Positions 10,554-21,110 of a DNA stretch of 64,000 nt are shown piece after piece. The first letter of the stretch is position 1. Each line of letters begins with the position of its first letter. The notes under the pieces are model-generated. The model ran no database searches. It was given only the letters and a program-made list of their open reading frames with translations, and was not told the DNA's origin. The position numbers were made by a program, and so were the translations under genes. The stretch comes from Candidatus Binatia bacterium (GTDB lineage Bacteria > Desulfobacterota > Binatia > HRBIN30), in NCBI GenBank assembly GCA_044450645.1, contig JBIOJG010000015.1, positions 39,512 to 103,511 on the forward strand. Reading direction: 5' to 3'.

Positions 10554-11705
10554 ATGGCGAATTCAATCATACGGCAACCCACTCGCTCGGTGCCTGTTGG
10601 GAAGGTGCAGATCGGCGGCAGCGCGCCTGTGGCCGTGCAAAGCATGTGCGCCACCAAGACGCGTGACGTCGAGGCGACGGTTGCCCAGACGCGGCAGCTG
10701 CAGCTGGCGGGCGCCGCCGTGGTGCGTATCGCCGTCGACAGCGACAAAGAGGTGGCGGCGCTGAAGGAAATCCGCGCCCAAACGGATGCCACGCTCGCCG
10801 TCGATTTGCAGGAGAATTATCGCCTGGCTGCGAAAGTGGGGTTGTACGTCGACAAGATCCGGTACAACCCGGGCCACTTGCACCACGTCGAACGCGACAA
10901 GCCGATCCGCGACAAGGTGGCCTGGCTGGTGTCTGTTGCCCGCGACACGGATTGTGCAGTTCGCATCGGCGTCAACTGCGGTTCGGTGGCACCGGAGTTT
11001 CTGGCGCGCTATCCGGGCGACCAGCTCGAAGCCATGGTGCAGTCGGCCGTGCATCACTGCACCCTCATGGAGGAGATGGGCTTCGAGCGCTTCGTGGTGT
11101 CGCTGAAGGACTCCGATCCGCGCAAGGTGGTCGAGGCCAACGCGCGCTTTGCGGCGGCGCGTCCGCACGTGCCTCTCCACCTCGGTGTCACCGAGGCGGG
11201 CATGCCGCCGGAGGGCGTCATCAAGACGCGGCTGGCGTTCGAAAAACTTCTGGCGCAGGGCATCGGCGACACCATTCGCGTCTCGCTCACGCTCCCGAAC
11301 GACCGCAAGCACGAAGAGGTCGAGGTCGCCCGCGCCATCCTCGACGACGTGGCGCACCGCCGGTTCATTTCGGTGCCCGACTTCGGCAAAGGACTGAACA
11401 TCATCTCGTGCCCGAGTTGCTCGCGCGTCGAGAACGAGCGCTTCGTTGAGCTGACCGCGCAGGTGCGGGAGCTCACCTGCTACGCGCAGCAGTATCGCAT
11501 CACCATTGCCGTGATGGGTTGTCGGGTGAACGGTCCCGGCGAAACCGATGACGCCGATCTCGGCCTGTGGTGTGGTCCGTCGGCCGTGAATCTGAAAAGG
11601 AAGGGCGTGAAAGTCGGCGTCTTCAGCTACGAGCAGGTGCTGCCGCGGCTACGTCAGGAGATCGATCGGCTCATCGCCGAGCGCACCGGCGTGCGCGTGG
11701 CTTGA
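10554..11705 (+). CDS. ispG: 4-hydroxy-3-methylbut-2-en-1-yl diphosphate synthase (flavodoxin) IspG/GcpE
   Basis: [31 protein letters not shown] … [19 protein letters not shown] … C-terminal [12 protein letters not shown] cysteine cluster for the [4Fe-4S] centre. ATG at 10554. The 5' extension in the ORF track was rejected. Confidence 0.9.
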   Translation: MANSIIRQPTRSVPVGKVQIGGSAPVAVQSMCATKTRDVEATVAQTRQLQLAGAAVVRIAVDSDKEVAALKEIRAQTDATLAVDLQENYRLAAKVGLYVDKIRYNPGHLHHVERDKPIRDKVAWLVSVARDTDCAVRIGVNCGSVAPEFLARYPGDQLEAMVQSAVHHCTLMEEMGFERFVVSLKDSDPRKVVEANARFAAARPHVPLHLGVTEAGMPPEGVIKTRLAFEKLLAQGIGDTIRVSLTLPNDRKHEEVEVARAILDDVAHRRFISVPDFGKGLNIISCPSCSRVENERFVELTAQVRELTCYAQQYRITIAVMGCRVNGPGETDDADLGLWCGPSAVNLKRKGVKVGVFSYEQVLPRLRQEIDRLIAERTGVRVA

Positions 11706-11711
11706 CGCTCG

Positions 11712-12074
11712 GTGAGGTTTTGCGGCATGAAACCCGCGCCCATGACGTTCGGACCGACCGCGCTGCCGAAGATGATGATCGGCTTCGTTGTGCGCCGCTG
11801 CACCGTCGAGGTCGGCCACAAGCCGTCCCCGGAGGAGTTTGCGGCGTGGGCGAATAACTACAACGACGGTGACCGCACCTGCTGCCTCTTTGGCCGACCC
11901 ATCAGCGTGGACGAGGCGCGATTGATCTTGCGGCATCCGGCACGGCCGGTGAGCGCCCGGAGCGCGGCGCCGCACGAATGCGTGACGCCCGCCGACGCCG
12001 CGACGAGCACCGGATCCGCCACGGTCATATCGCTGCCGGCAGTTAAGGCGCGATTGAAAGCCCGTGCGAAGTAA
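11712..12074 (+). CDS. Hypothetical small protein (no recognisable domain)
   Basis: ORF between ispG and mutS2 on the same strand. No motif recognised. Could be a high-GC artefact. Confidence 0.25.
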   Translation: MRFCGMKPAPMTFGPTALPKMMIGFVVRRCTVEVGHKPSPEEFAAWANNYNDGDRTCCLFGRPISVDEARLILRHPARPVSARSAAPHECVTPADAATSTGSATVISLPAVKARLKARAK

Positions 12075-12081
12075 GCGGTCG

Positions 12082-12160
12082 GCTGTCAGCGTTCAGCTTT
12101 TGAAGCTATGTCTTGTATTGGCCATTGTTCCTCAAAGCTGACGGCTGAACGCTGATCGCT
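12082..12160. repeat. Imperfect inverted repeat / long hairpin in the intergenic region upstream of mutS2
   Basis: Left arm CTGTCAGCGTTCAGCTTTT and right arm AAAGCTGACGGCTGAACGCTGA. TCAGCGTTCAGC and GCTGAACGCTGA are perfect 12-bp reverse complements, separated by a ~35-nt AT-richer loop (ATGTCTTGTATTGGCCATTGTTCC). Confidence 0.6.
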
Positions 12161-12174
12161 GAAAGCTCTATCCC

Positions 12175-14499
12175 ATGCGCCCGCGCGATCTCGCTGCACT
12201 GGAATTCGATCACGTTCGCGAGCGGCTGGCGGACTTCGCGTGCTCGCCGGCGGGGAAGGATGCCTGTGGCGCGCTGGTACCGACCGGCGAACGCGGTCGA
12301 GCGGAGCAAGCCCTGGAAGCCGCCTGGCAATGCTTCCGGCTCCTAGAGCAGCAGGGCAGTATCCCGCTGTCGGAGTTCCCTGATATCCGTGCTTCCCTGC
12401 GTACGGCGGCGCGCGAGGGCGCCGTTCTCGACGGCAAATCTCTGCTCGAGATCCGCAGCGTTCTGGCCGTCCTGCACGACACCCGCACCTTTTTCAAGAA
12501 ACACGCGAAGCCGTTTCCGGCTTTGGCGGAGCTGCCCGATCAACTCGTGCCACTGCCTTCGTTGCACCAGACGCTGGCGCGGGCTCTGGATGAAAACGGG
12601 GATGTCAGCGACGACGCCAGTGACGAACTCGCAGAGGTGCGGCGCACGATTCGGCACCTTCGGCAAAAGCTGACGCGACGCCTGGAAGAGCTGTTGGCGC
12701 AGCCCCGGATGGCTGAGCTGCTCGGCGATCGCTACGTCACGCTGCGCAACAATCGCTTCGTCCTCCCGATCAAAACGGCCATGGCCAACCAGTTCGACGG
12801 CGTGGTGCAGGACCGTTCGGTGTCCGGCGAAACCGCATTCATCGAGCCGTTGTTCGCGGTGGAGCTCAACAACCACCTGTTGATGGCCAGCAAGGAAGAG
12901 GAATGGCTGGTGCGCCGGATTCTCGGCGACTTGACGGCGTTGGTGCGCGCCGAACACGAGACCCTCTTCGGCAGCTTTGCGGCCCTGGTGGAAATCGATG
13001 CGCTGGTCGCGCGTGCGAAGTTTGCGCAACGCTACCGCTGTACGCAGCCACGCTTTGATCAGGAGATCGTTCTCGAGCAGGCGCGCCACCCGTTGTTGCT
13101 GTTCGCCGGGCGCGAACTGATTCCGGTCGATCTGCGCATCCCGGTGGGGAAACGCGTGCTGGTGATTACCGGTCCCAATACGGGTGGCAAGACGGTGGCG
13201 CTGAAGACGCTGGGCCTGATGGCGCTCATGGCGCAGAGCGGCATGTTGATTCCGGTTGCCGAAGGCGGCCGCCTGCCGTGTTTTGAGGCGATCTACGCCG
13301 ACATCGGTGATGAGCAGAACGTCGAACGGAACCTCTCCACCTTCTCGGCGCACGTCGCGAATCTGACCGAGATCATCGAGCGACATCACGCGCCAGCACT
13401 CGTCTTGCTCGATGAGCCTGGAGTGGGTACCGATCCGGACGAAGGGGCGGCGCTGGGCATCGGTCTGATCCAGATTCTCGAAGCCAGCGGGGCGCATGTC
13501 GCTCTCAGTACGCACTACGCGCCCCTCAAAGTCTTTGCCTTGAGCCGGGAAACCTGCGTGACCGCCGCGGTCGATTTCGATGTGGCGGTCATGCTGCCGC
13601 GGTATCGACTGCAGTACCACTCCGTCGGCGAGAGCCTCGCCCTGCCGATCGCCCGCCGACTCGGGCTTCCGGTGGCCGTTCTCGACGCCGCAGAAGCCGC
13701 GCGTACGGAGCAGGCAAAGGCCTTGGCGACTGCGGTGGCGCGGTTGGAGGACAGCCGCCGCCGGTACGAGGAGCGTCTGGCGGAAGCCGACGAACGCGTT
13801 CGTGGCGCGGCACGGGCCGAGCAGGAAGCCAACCGCCTGCTGGATGACCTGCGCGAAAAGCAGCGGCGGCGGTGGGCGGATGAACTGAGCGCGGCACGCG
13901 ACTTCGTGCGCACGCTGCGCGAGCAAGGCCGGGAACTTTTGGCGGCCATCGAGCGGGGCGCGGCTGATCGCCGGGCGCTCTCCCGTTGGCTGCAGCAGCA
14001 AGAGGCGGCGATTGCCGAACACGAAAGCGAGATCGCCGAACAGCCGGTATCTTCCGGTCCTCCGCAGATCGGTGATCAGGTTGAAGTCGTCGACACCGGA
14101 ATTCGTGGCCAGTTGATGTCGGTGGAGGGAGAGCGCGCACGAATTCAGCGCGGCAGCCTCCGTTTTGAAGTGCCGGCTGGCCAGTTGCGGCGTCTCAGCG
14201 GCCAGCCGCCGGCTTCCGTCGAGATCCGCGTCGCGGCCGCGCCCGAAGACACGCCGCGGGAGATCACCTTACTGGGGCTGCGCGCGAGAGAGGCGGTGGC
14301 ACAGCTCGAGCGCTTTCTCGATCGAGCCGCCCAAGCCCACTTCCAGTCGGTACGCATCATCCACGGTGTCGGCAGCGGTGCCTTGAAACGGGCGGTCGAA
14401 GAGTATCTCTCCAGCTCACCGTACTGCGCCAGCTTCCGATCTGGAGAGGCGCGAGAAGGGGGCGCTGGCGTCACCATCGCGACGCTCGCCGTGGGCTGA
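12175..14499 (+). CDS. mutS2: Endonuclease MutS2 (MutS domain III/V ATPase plus C-terminal Smr domain)
   Basis: Walker A ITGPNTGGKTVALKTLGL. MutS signature STFSAH…DE (LLDEPGVGTDPDEG). C-terminal Smr domain (EIRVAAAPEDTPREITLLGLRAREAVAQLERFLD … RIIHGVGSGALKRAVEEYL). 774 aa. Confidence 0.9.
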   Translation: MRPRDLAALEFDHVRERLADFACSPAGKDACGALVPTGERGRAEQALEAAWQCFRLLEQQGSIPLSEFPDIRASLRTAAREGAVLDGKSLLEIRSVLAVLHDTRTFFKKHAKPFPALAELPDQLVPLPSLHQTLARALDENGDVSDDASDELAEVRRTIRHLRQKLTRRLEELLAQPRMAELLGDRYVTLRNNRFVLPIKTAMANQFDGVVQDRSVSGETAFIEPLFAVELNNHLLMASKEEEWLVRRILGDLTALVRAEHETLFGSFAALVEIDALVARAKFAQRYRCTQPRFDQEIVLEQARHPLLLFAGRELIPVDLRIPVGKRVLVITGPNTGGKTVALKTLGLMALMAQSGMLIPVAEGGRLPCFEAIYADIGDEQNVERNLSTFSAHVANLTEIIERHHAPALVLLDEPGVGTDPDEGAALGIGLIQILEASGAHVALSTHYAPLKVFALSRETCVTAAVDFDVAVMLPRYRLQYHSVGESLALPIARRLGLPVAVLDAAEAARTEQAKALATAVARLEDSRRRYEERLAEADERVRGAARAEQEANRLLDDLREKQRRRWADELSAARDFVRTLREQGRELLAAIERGAADRRALSRWLQQQEAAIAEHESEIAEQPVSSGPPQIGDQVEVVDTGIRGQLMSVEGERARIQRGSLRFEVPAGQLRRLSGQPPASVEIRVAAAPEDTPREITLLGLRAREAVAQLERFLDRAAQAHFQSVRIIHGVGSGALKRAVEEYLSSSPYCASFRSGEAREGGAGVTIATLAVG

Positions 14500-14534
14500 T
14501 TAGCGCATCTGAATGTTCGAGCCCTCAGCCGGCC

Positions 14535-15719
14535 TTAGGCGCCCCGCGGAAGACCGAGCACTTGCATGGCGATGATCCCGCGCATGATCTCTGATGTTCC
14601 GGAGGCGATGCTGGCGGCGGGTGCACTGAGAAACGCTCCCTGCAGCCATTGGGCGGGATTGAAGCGCTGGCTGTTCGGCCGGGGCGTGTCGTACAACAAG
14701 CCGGCCGCCCCGAGAATCGACATGCCAACCCGCGGCATCGTCTGCGTGAGCTCGGTCCAGTGGAGTTTGATGATCGATGCCTCAGGGCCGGGCATGCCCA
14801 TACGCAACAACTTGTCCAACGTGCGCTGGCAGGTGTGGCGGAAGGTTTCGACGCCGAGATAGATATCGGCGAGCGCCTGGCGGGTAACGGGATCGCGGGT
14901 GGCGCCACGCTCGCGAGCCCAGCGCATGAGTGCATCTCGCCCCTTGGTCAGGAGGATTTGCATCTCTACGACGTACAGGATGCCGCGTTCGTTCTGGAGT
15001 GCCGCGGTGGCGATCTGCCACCCATTGTTCAACTCGCCGAGGAGATTTTCACGGGGCACTCGCACATTTTCGAAGAAGACCTCGTTGAACTCCGCCTGTC
15101 CGCCCATCTGGCGCAGCGGCCGCACGGTGACGCCGGGGCTTTTCATGTCGACGAGCAAACAGGAGATGCCCTTGCGCCGGGCCGACTCCGGGTCAGTGCG
15201 GCAGAGCACCATGCACCAGTCGGCGTGGTGCGCCAGCGTGGTCCAGACTTTCTGGCCGTTGAGTATGAAGGAGTCGCCTTCCAGGATCGCTTTGGTTCGG
15301 AGTGAGGCCAAATCCGAGCCGGCACTCGGCTCAGAAAAGCCGAAGCACCAGAGATCTTCCGCCGTCAGAATGCGCCGGGCGAACCGGCGCTTTTGCTCTT
15401 CCGTACCGTACGCGATCAATGGCGGTCCGGCGATGCCGATGCCTAGGCTGCCAACTACATCCGGCGCCCCGGCACGGACCATTTCTTCCGTGTAAACGAT
15501 CTGCTCCGGAATGGAGGCGCCTCGCCCGCCGTACTCGACGGGCCAGGTGATGCCGACCCAGCGGGCTTCGGCCAGTTTCGCTTGCCAGGCGCGGAGGCGT
15601 GGCACCCGCTCGGTTTCGGGTAACTGGGCGGCATTTTCCGGCCGCAATTCGTCGGGGATATTGCTTGCGAGCCAGCCCCGTAGCTCGCGACGGAATTCCT
15701 CCAAGTCCTGGGTCGCCAT
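14535..15719 (-). CDS. Acyl-CoA dehydrogenase family protein
   Basis: ACAD N-, middle- and C-domain architecture. WCFGFSEPSAGSDLASL (catalytic region) and GGRGASIPEQ. 394 aa. Confidence 0.8.
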   Translation of the reverse strand: MATQDLEEFRRELRGWLASNIPDELRPENAAQLPETERVPRLRAWQAKLAEARWVGITWPVEYGGRGASIPEQIVYTEEMVRAGAPDVVGSLGIGIAGPPLIAYGTEEQKRRFARRILTAEDLWCFGFSEPSAGSDLASLRTKAILEGDSFILNGQKVWTTLAHHADWCMVLCRTDPESARRKGISCLLVDMKSPGVTVRPLRQMGGQAEFNEVFFENVRVPRENLLGELNNGWQIATAALQNERGILYVVEMQILLTKGRDALMRWARERGATRDPVTRQALADIYLGVETFRHTCQRTLDKLLRMGMPGPEASIIKLHWTELTQTMPRVGMSILGAAGLLYDTPRPNSQRFNPAQWLQGAFLSAPAASIASGTSEIMRGIIAMQVLGLPRGA

Positions 15720-15980
15720 AGCCGAAGGTTCTAAACGGATGCCGCCGCAAGGTCAATGTTTTGAGGCGCCGCTTCCGGTTGTGGCATGCCGCCTCTTCCA
15801 AAACGAGCATGAGGAAAGTAGTATGCGCCGCGCGTGCCGATCTCAATTCAGCCTGTCAATGAACGCGCCGGCGACACTGCTGGCGGTTTCGTGTGAAGGG
15901 ATTGCCGGTTGAAGCGCGTCTCCGGCGGTGGCATCACTCCGGAAATCGGTGTAAGTAACCTCGCCACTAAGGTGTTTGAG

Positions 15981-17732
15981 ATGTTGTGGAATCAAGGTCG
16001 GGTCCTCTTGTGTGCAGTCGTGGCGGTACTGGCATTTGGTGCGGCGGTCGCTTGGGGGCAGACACCCACGCCGCCAAAGGGCGACGTCAACTGCGATGGG
16101 CAGGTCAATGCTGCGGACATCGATGCGCTGATGAGCATCCTGTTTGGCGCCCCGGATACGTGCGGGACCGCCGACGTGAATTCGGACGGCCGGGTGACCG
16201 TTGCGGACGTGACGGCCGTCGAGTTGGCGATGCAGCCACCCGCCCCGACGCCAACACCGAGCCAGAGCCCGACGATCACGCCGACACCGCTTCCCAGTGC
16301 GACGCCGACGATCACCGGGACGCCAACCACCACGCCGACACCGACAGTGACGGGGACGTCGACGCAAACGCCGACGATAACGCGGACCTTCACGCTGACC
16401 CGCACGCCCACGATCACACCGACTGGCACGTGGACAATACGCCCAACCGCCACCGCGACGATGACGCCCACGCCCACCTCGAGCCGCACGCCGACCCTGA
16501 CCCGGACCGCGTCGCCGACCTTGACGGCAACCGTCACCCTGACGGCGACCTTGACACGGACGCCCAGCTTGACGCGGACGCCCACCTCGACGCCCACGGT
16601 GACAGGCACGCCGACGATCACAGCCACAGCCACGATTACGGCGACGCCGACCGCGACGCGCCCACCGTCACTGGGGCCTCAGATCACGTTCTTCGGTTTG
16701 GCGGACTCCCAAGGGTATCCGCTGCCCACGATGGGACCGGACGATCAAGGCAACACGCTCTACATGCCGAACTTCGGGTTCCATTTCTACATTGTGGTTG
16801 AGGCCATGAAGGGTTCGAGCCCCAGTAGCGCGGATCCCGGTAAGGTCACCTTCAACTTCAACCCGTCGGATCCGACGGTGCTGCCTGACCTGCAGATTGA
16901 GGCCGACCGTGACCTTGGAAATGGAAGTGCACTCGTGTGCGACAGTGCGCCGACAGGGCCGGGCGTGACGCCCACCGTGCCTCCGGGCGGCGTACCGGGA
17001 ATCAATTCTTCCACGACCGATCCACAAGTGATCGCCAACGCGCTGAATGATTTCGGCTGCCGCTTCGTCGCGCTCGACTCGCTCTACCCGTGCACGTATA
17101 ACGCCAAAGGAAACCTCGCTTTCGTGAACGCGAGCACCACAGTGCAGTATTGTACGGCTGCCCCAGGAGGCATCGGGCGGGAGTTGGAATTCCAGGCCGG
17201 TAACACGATCTTGACCATGAAACTGCGTGACACAGCCGGTCACCTCAGCGATCCCCAGTACATCGCGGTGCGCGTGCCGACGCTACCGCCGACCAATACC
17301 CCGGCACCACCCACGATGACGCCGATCCCCACTCTAAGTTTCACGCCGACCAGGACGCCCACGATCACGAGTACGCCCACGATCACCCTGAGCCCGACGC
17401 CCACCCCCACGCCGACCTTCACAGCCACACCGGTGAACACGCCGACGCCGACACTCACACCCACGGCGAGTCCAAGCCCTACGGCCGTCCCAACGCAGAC
17501 TGCCAGTGCGACGCCGACGATCACCGCGACGCCAACCACCACGCCGACACCGAGCCCGAGTTCCACTCCAACACTGAGTGCCACGGCTACGCCAAGCAAT
17601 ACGCCGGTTGCGACGGCCACACCGACACTCACGGCGAGCCCAACGCCCACCGCTAGCGACACACCGACGGCGACACTCAGTCCAACGCCGACTGCGAGCG
17701 CTACAGCGACCGCCACGGCGACGGCTACCTGA
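15981..17732 (+). CDS. Secreted protein: signal peptide, dockerin-like double Ca-binding module, long Thr/Pro-rich repeat linkers, central Cys-containing globular domain
   Basis: MLWNQGRVLLCAVVAVLAFGAAVAWGQ signal peptide. DVNCDGQVNAADIDALMSILFG and DVNSDGRVTVADVTAV are two dockerin/EF-hand-like D-x-N-x-D-G loops. Then ~140 aa of TPTxT repeats, a ~200-aa globular region with 4 Cys, and a second TP-rich tail. ATG at 15981. Confidence 0.75.
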   Translation: MLWNQGRVLLCAVVAVLAFGAAVAWGQTPTPPKGDVNCDGQVNAADIDALMSILFGAPDTCGTADVNSDGRVTVADVTAVELAMQPPAPTPTPSQSPTITPTPLPSATPTITGTPTTTPTPTVTGTSTQTPTITRTFTLTRTPTITPTGTWTIRPTATATMTPTPTSSRTPTLTRTASPTLTATVTLTATLTRTPSLTRTPTSTPTVTGTPTITATATITATPTATRPPSLGPQITFFGLADSQGYPLPTMGPDDQGNTLYMPNFGFHFYIVVEAMKGSSPSSADPGKVTFNFNPSDPTVLPDLQIEADRDLGNGSALVCDSAPTGPGVTPTVPPGGVPGINSSTTDPQVIANALNDFGCRFVALDSLYPCTYNAKGNLAFVNASTTVQYCTAAPGGIGRELEFQAGNTILTMKLRDTAGHLSDPQYIAVRVPTLPPTNTPAPPTMTPIPTLSFTPTRTPTITSTPTITLSPTPTPTPTFTATPVNTPTPTLTPTASPSPTAVPTQTASATPTITATPTTTPTPSPSSTPTLSATATPSNTPVATATPTLTASPTPTASDTPTATLSPTPTASATATATATAT

Positions 17733-17832
17733 GCCCTCGTTCCACCGCCAAGCATGTCGCCTGTCTCACGGGGAACGGGAAGAAGTTGATTTCACCAGTA
17801 ACGCGCACGCACATGAGCAAAGGAGGCTTACG

Positions 17833-18264
17833 ATGCAGTGGACAGGCTGGATCGGCCTAGCACTGGGAATGGTGGCGGTCAGCGCCGCCAAGGTTGGACC
17901 GCCGCCCGTCATTCTCGATCTCGGTCCAGTGGCGGCGACGCCGGCACCGACGCCCAAGTCGGCCGAGAAGAAGCGGCTGATCACCACGATTACGGTGCAA
18001 AACTCGCCGGAAGGCGAGAGCCGCATCTCCTTCGAAGCTACCGATATCGCAGATGAGGGCAAGAGCAAGGCCCGCACGCTCGCCCTGAAGACGTACTCGC
18101 TCGCTGAAGAGAAGCCGGAGCTGAATGCCTTGCGCAGCCGGATCGTGGATCAGATTCGTAGTCTGGAACGCGACATGCTCGACTACGCCGAGCGGGCCGG
18201 GCCACCAAAGGAACGTGCGCCTCTGAGTCCGGGCCAGTCGGGCGGGGCGCGGCCGTATCACTAG
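17833..18264 (+). CDS. Small secreted/membrane-anchored hypothetical protein
   Basis: AGGAGG RBS 6 nt upstream of ATG 17833. N-terminal hydrophobic signal/anchor (WIGLALGMVAVSAA), then a charged ~110-aa region with no recognisable motif. Sits between the two PT-repeat/dockerin proteins. Confidence 0.55.
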   Translation: MQWTGWIGLALGMVAVSAAKVGPPPVILDLGPVAATPAPTPKSAEKKRLITTITVQNSPEGESRISFEATDIADEGKSKARTLALKTYSLAEEKPELNALRSRIVDQIRSLERDMLDYAERAGPPKERAPLSPGQSGGARPYH

Positions 18265-18292
18265 AGACGCTTTGGTCTGAGACGTCGGAGAA

Positions 18293-20905
18293 CTACGGCG
18301 AGAGCTTGATCAGGGCGGGAACGTCCGCGGCGGTGACCGCGCCATCACCGTTGACGTCGGCACCGGACACGTCGATTTCCTCGAAAATCGTGCCGATCAC
18401 GTCGGCGAGGACGACCGAGGGCGTTGGCAAGGGCGTCAACGTCGGGGTTACTGACGGTGTCGAGGTCACCGACGGCGTCGGTGTTGGGGTCGGGGTGGCT
18501 TGTCGAAGTGTTGCTGTCGGCGTAACGCTCGGCTTGCGGGTACGGGTCGGAGTCGGCGAGCCGGTCGCAGTGACCGTCGGTGCCGGCGTCATGGCCGAGC
18601 CTGAGAAGAAGCGGCTGTACCCGAGCAGATTGCGCGCTGCCGCGAGTTGCGAGTTGGGCTTCTGGTCCCAGCAATACGTCAGCGTCGTGACGATCACCCG
18701 GCCGGATCCGTATTGGTACTCCGCCCAAGTCGGTAGGTTGCCATTGGCCAGCACCACGGTCGCGTCGCTCGGCAAGTTCGTCAGCGTACCCAGATCGGTT
18801 GGTCCCCAGTTGCTGAAGTCGTCCACGCCCAACATCTGACCGCCAAATTCGAGTCCGTGGATGTACGCATGGTCGGGGGCGAGGATGTCCTCACCCTCGT
18901 GTTGTGAAGCGCTGGAGAAGCCCACACCGCTCGGGCCTGGCGCGATGTTGGTCTGATCACCGAGTGTCCCGGCGACATTGATCACCGCCACCCCACCCAG
19001 GCTGACGAACTGCTCGATCAAGCCGCCCGGGGCCACCATCTGTTGCAGGTATGCGTAGTCAGCAGCGCTCAGCCCCGGCGCGATGTAAAGTACCTGGTAG
19101 AGGTTCCGTAAAGTCACCGGGTCGCCGCCTTTACCGCCGGCGAGATTCTGGAAGGTGTTGCTCCCATTGCTGAACCCGAGGCTAGTCGAGAGATTGAATG
19201 CGCACAGCCATTGGTTGTCCGTCGGATCGGTTTCACCGCGCGCGAGCAGGAACGAGATGTTGGGTGCCGGCGCTGCGGTGTTGGTCGGGGGCGGACTGGT
19301 AAAGGTTGGAGACGGAGTGGCGGTTGGCGTGTCCGTCGGCGTAGGAGTAAACGTGCCGGTCGGGCTCGGCGTGTCGCTTGAAGTGGGCGTGCCAGTGGCG
19401 GTCACCGTGGCCGTTGTGGTTGCTGTCGGCGTGGGTGTCGGCGATGCGGTAATCGTGAACGAGAGTGTGGCCGAGGGGCTTGCCGTGGCCGTCTCCGTCG
19501 GCGACGGCGTCTGCGTTGGTGTGGGTGTTGGTGAGGCCGTGCTTGTGAACGTGAGCGTGGCCGAGAAGGTCGCCGTGGCGGTTTCCGTCGGTGACGGCGT
19601 TGCCGTGTCGGTCGGCGAGGCTGAAGGAGTTGCCGTTGCCGTGGCGGTAGACGACGCGGTCGCGGTGAATGACGGCGTAGCCGATGGGGTGGAAGTGGCG
19701 CTGGGGGTGGCGGTTGGCGAAGCCGTTGGCGTGTTGCTGGCCGTCGGGGTCGGCGGACTCCAACACACGTTGACGAAGACCCTGGTGGTGCGCACCACTT
19801 CCAGCCCGGGCGTCGGGGCCAAGGCGGCCTGGTGCTCCACCCCTGCTTGCAGCGTGGCCATTTGCGACCATGCCCATGGCAGGTCGGTGCTCGGATCGGT
19901 GGTATAGGACGTCGAGTAGTAAGTGTATGTGGTCGTCAAGGCATTCGCGGCGCCACTGTAGATATCTCCCGCTACCTTGAGCTGCGTCCGGGCCGTGCTT
20001 CCCGTGAGCCCCAAGAAGGAGCGGCTCACGATGTTGACACTCACCGAAGAGATCGGTCCGGGCTGCGGTGTAGGGACCTGCAGCGTGTACAAGTCGGCGG
20101 CGGGACCGCTGTGACAGGTATTCTGGTCGCAAAAGACGTAGGAGAAGTCGCCATCGTCAGTCAGCTCGCACTGCCAGTTGGCGGAGAAGTTTATCGGCGT
20201 ATTGGCGGATAGGCCAGGGCCTGCCGGGGCGAGGGTCAGACAGTTCGGGGGCAACGTCGGCGTGGGCGCCGGGCTATTGGTCGGCGTGGTTGTCGCGGTG
20301 GGAGGCAGCGGCGTTGCGGTGCTGGTGGTCGTTGGTGAAAGAGTAAAAGTGGGCGTGGGAGAGGATGTCGGGCTCGGCGTGGGACTCGGAGTTGGGGTCG
20401 CGGTGGCCGTGTTCGTCGGCGTCAGAGTGGCGGTGCCTGTCGGCGTGCTCGTCGCCGTTGAAGTTTCGGTTGGCGTCAGCGTCGCCGTGCTCGTGGGCGT
20501 CACTGTCGGGGTGACGCTGGGCGTATTGGTTTGCGTCGCGGTAGGGGTATCCGTTGGCGTGGCCGTCGGCGTTGCCGTGTCCGTGGGCGTCACTGTCGGG
20601 GTGACGCTGGGCGTATTGGTTTGCGTGGCGGTAGGGGTATTCGTTGGCGTGGCCGTCGGCGTCGCCGTGTCCGTGGGCGTCACTGTTGGGGTGATGCTGG
20701 GCGTATTGGTTTGCGTGGCGGTAGGGGTATCCGTTGGCGTGGCCGTCGGCGTTGCCGTGTCCGTGGACGTCACTGTTGGGGTGACGCTGGGCGTATTGGT
20801 TTGCGTGGTGGTAGGGGTATCCGTCGGCGTGACCGGTGTCGTCGACTGTGCTCTTGCCGTGCCGGCTGCCTGCAGCGCCAGTAGCAACAGGGCCGCAGCG
20901 CGCAT
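18293..20905 (-). CDS. Large secreted Thr/Pro-repeat protein with C-terminal dockerin-like module
   Basis: ATG at 20905 gives signal peptide [21 protein letters not shown]-terminal 30-aa repeats ([30 protein letters not shown] ×4+), two Cys-containing globular regions, more PT/ST linkers. C-terminal [24 protein letters not shown] is dockerin-like. The 5' extension to 21121 in the ORF track was rejected. Confidence 0.75.
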   Translation of the reverse strand: MRAAALLLLALQAAGTARAQSTTPVTPTDTPTTTQTNTPSVTPTVTSTDTATPTATPTDTPTATQTNTPSITPTVTPTDTATPTATPTNTPTATQTNTPSVTPTVTPTDTATPTATPTDTPTATQTNTPSVTPTVTPTSTATLTPTETSTATSTPTGTATLTPTNTATATPTPSPTPSPTSSPTPTFTLSPTTTSTATPLPPTATTTPTNSPAPTPTLPPNCLTLAPAGPGLSANTPINFSANWQCELTDDGDFSYVFCDQNTCHSGPAADLYTLQVPTPQPGPISSVSVNIVSRSFLGLTGSTARTQLKVAGDIYSGAANALTTTYTYYSTSYTTDPSTDLPWAWSQMATLQAGVEHQAALAPTPGLEVVRTTRVFVNVCWSPPTPTASNTPTASPTATPSATSTPSATPSFTATASSTATATATPSASPTDTATPSPTETATATFSATLTFTSTASPTPTPTQTPSPTETATASPSATLSFTITASPTPTPTATTTATVTATGTPTSSDTPSPTGTFTPTPTDTPTATPSPTFTSPPPTNTAAPAPNISFLLARGETDPTDNQWLCAFNLSTSLGFSNGSNTFQNLAGGKGGDPVTLRNLYQVLYIAPGLSAADYAYLQQMVAPGGLIEQFVSLGGVAVINVAGTLGDQTNIAPGPSGVGFSSASQHEGEDILAPDHAYIHGLEFGGQMLGVDDFSNWGPTDLGTLTNLPSDATVVLANGNLPTWAEYQYGSGRVIVTTLTYCWDQKPNSQLAAARNLLGYSRFFSGSAMTPAPTVTATGSPTPTRTRKPSVTPTATLRQATPTPTPTPSVTSTPSVTPTLTPLPTPSVVLADVIGTIFEEIDVSGADVNGDGAVTAADVPALIKLSP
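20493..20852. repeat. Four near-identical 90-bp direct tandem repeats inside the PT-repeat gene
   Basis: The unit GTGGGCGTCACTGTCGGGGTGACGCTGGGCGTATTGGTTTGCGT(C/G)GCGGTAGGGGTAT(C/T)CGTTGGCGTGGCCGTCGGCGT(T/C)GCCGTGTCC recurs at 20493, 20583, 20673 and 20763 with only a few substitutions. It encodes the 30-aa [11 protein letters not shown](V/I)[18 protein letters not shown] unit on the minus strand. Confidence 0.85.
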
Positions 20906-21110
20906 CGGGGCTAGACGTCGACGCGGCGAGATTGTTACGTCAAGCTCGCGGGGCGTACGTCGGGAACCGGATTGTCGCGGTGATCGGGGCGGTCTCCGGT
21001 CACTGCTGGACGATGCTTCCTGAATTTGCCCCACGTGCGTGGACTCGGTTCGTTGACTTGAAATAGCCCCTCTGATACCTAACTCGCCGCCTGCAGCGCA
21101 AGCTCCTCCC

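Noticed and set aside
15992-16633. Gly/Val-rich antisense ORFs opposite the Thr/Pro-repeat genes (also 17240–17755, 19155–19907, 20178–21023, 20531–20884)
   Set aside because: They are the reverse complement of ACN/CCN-rich repeat codons. Low-complexity GVGV translation, no start context, fully embedded in well-supported genes on the other strand.
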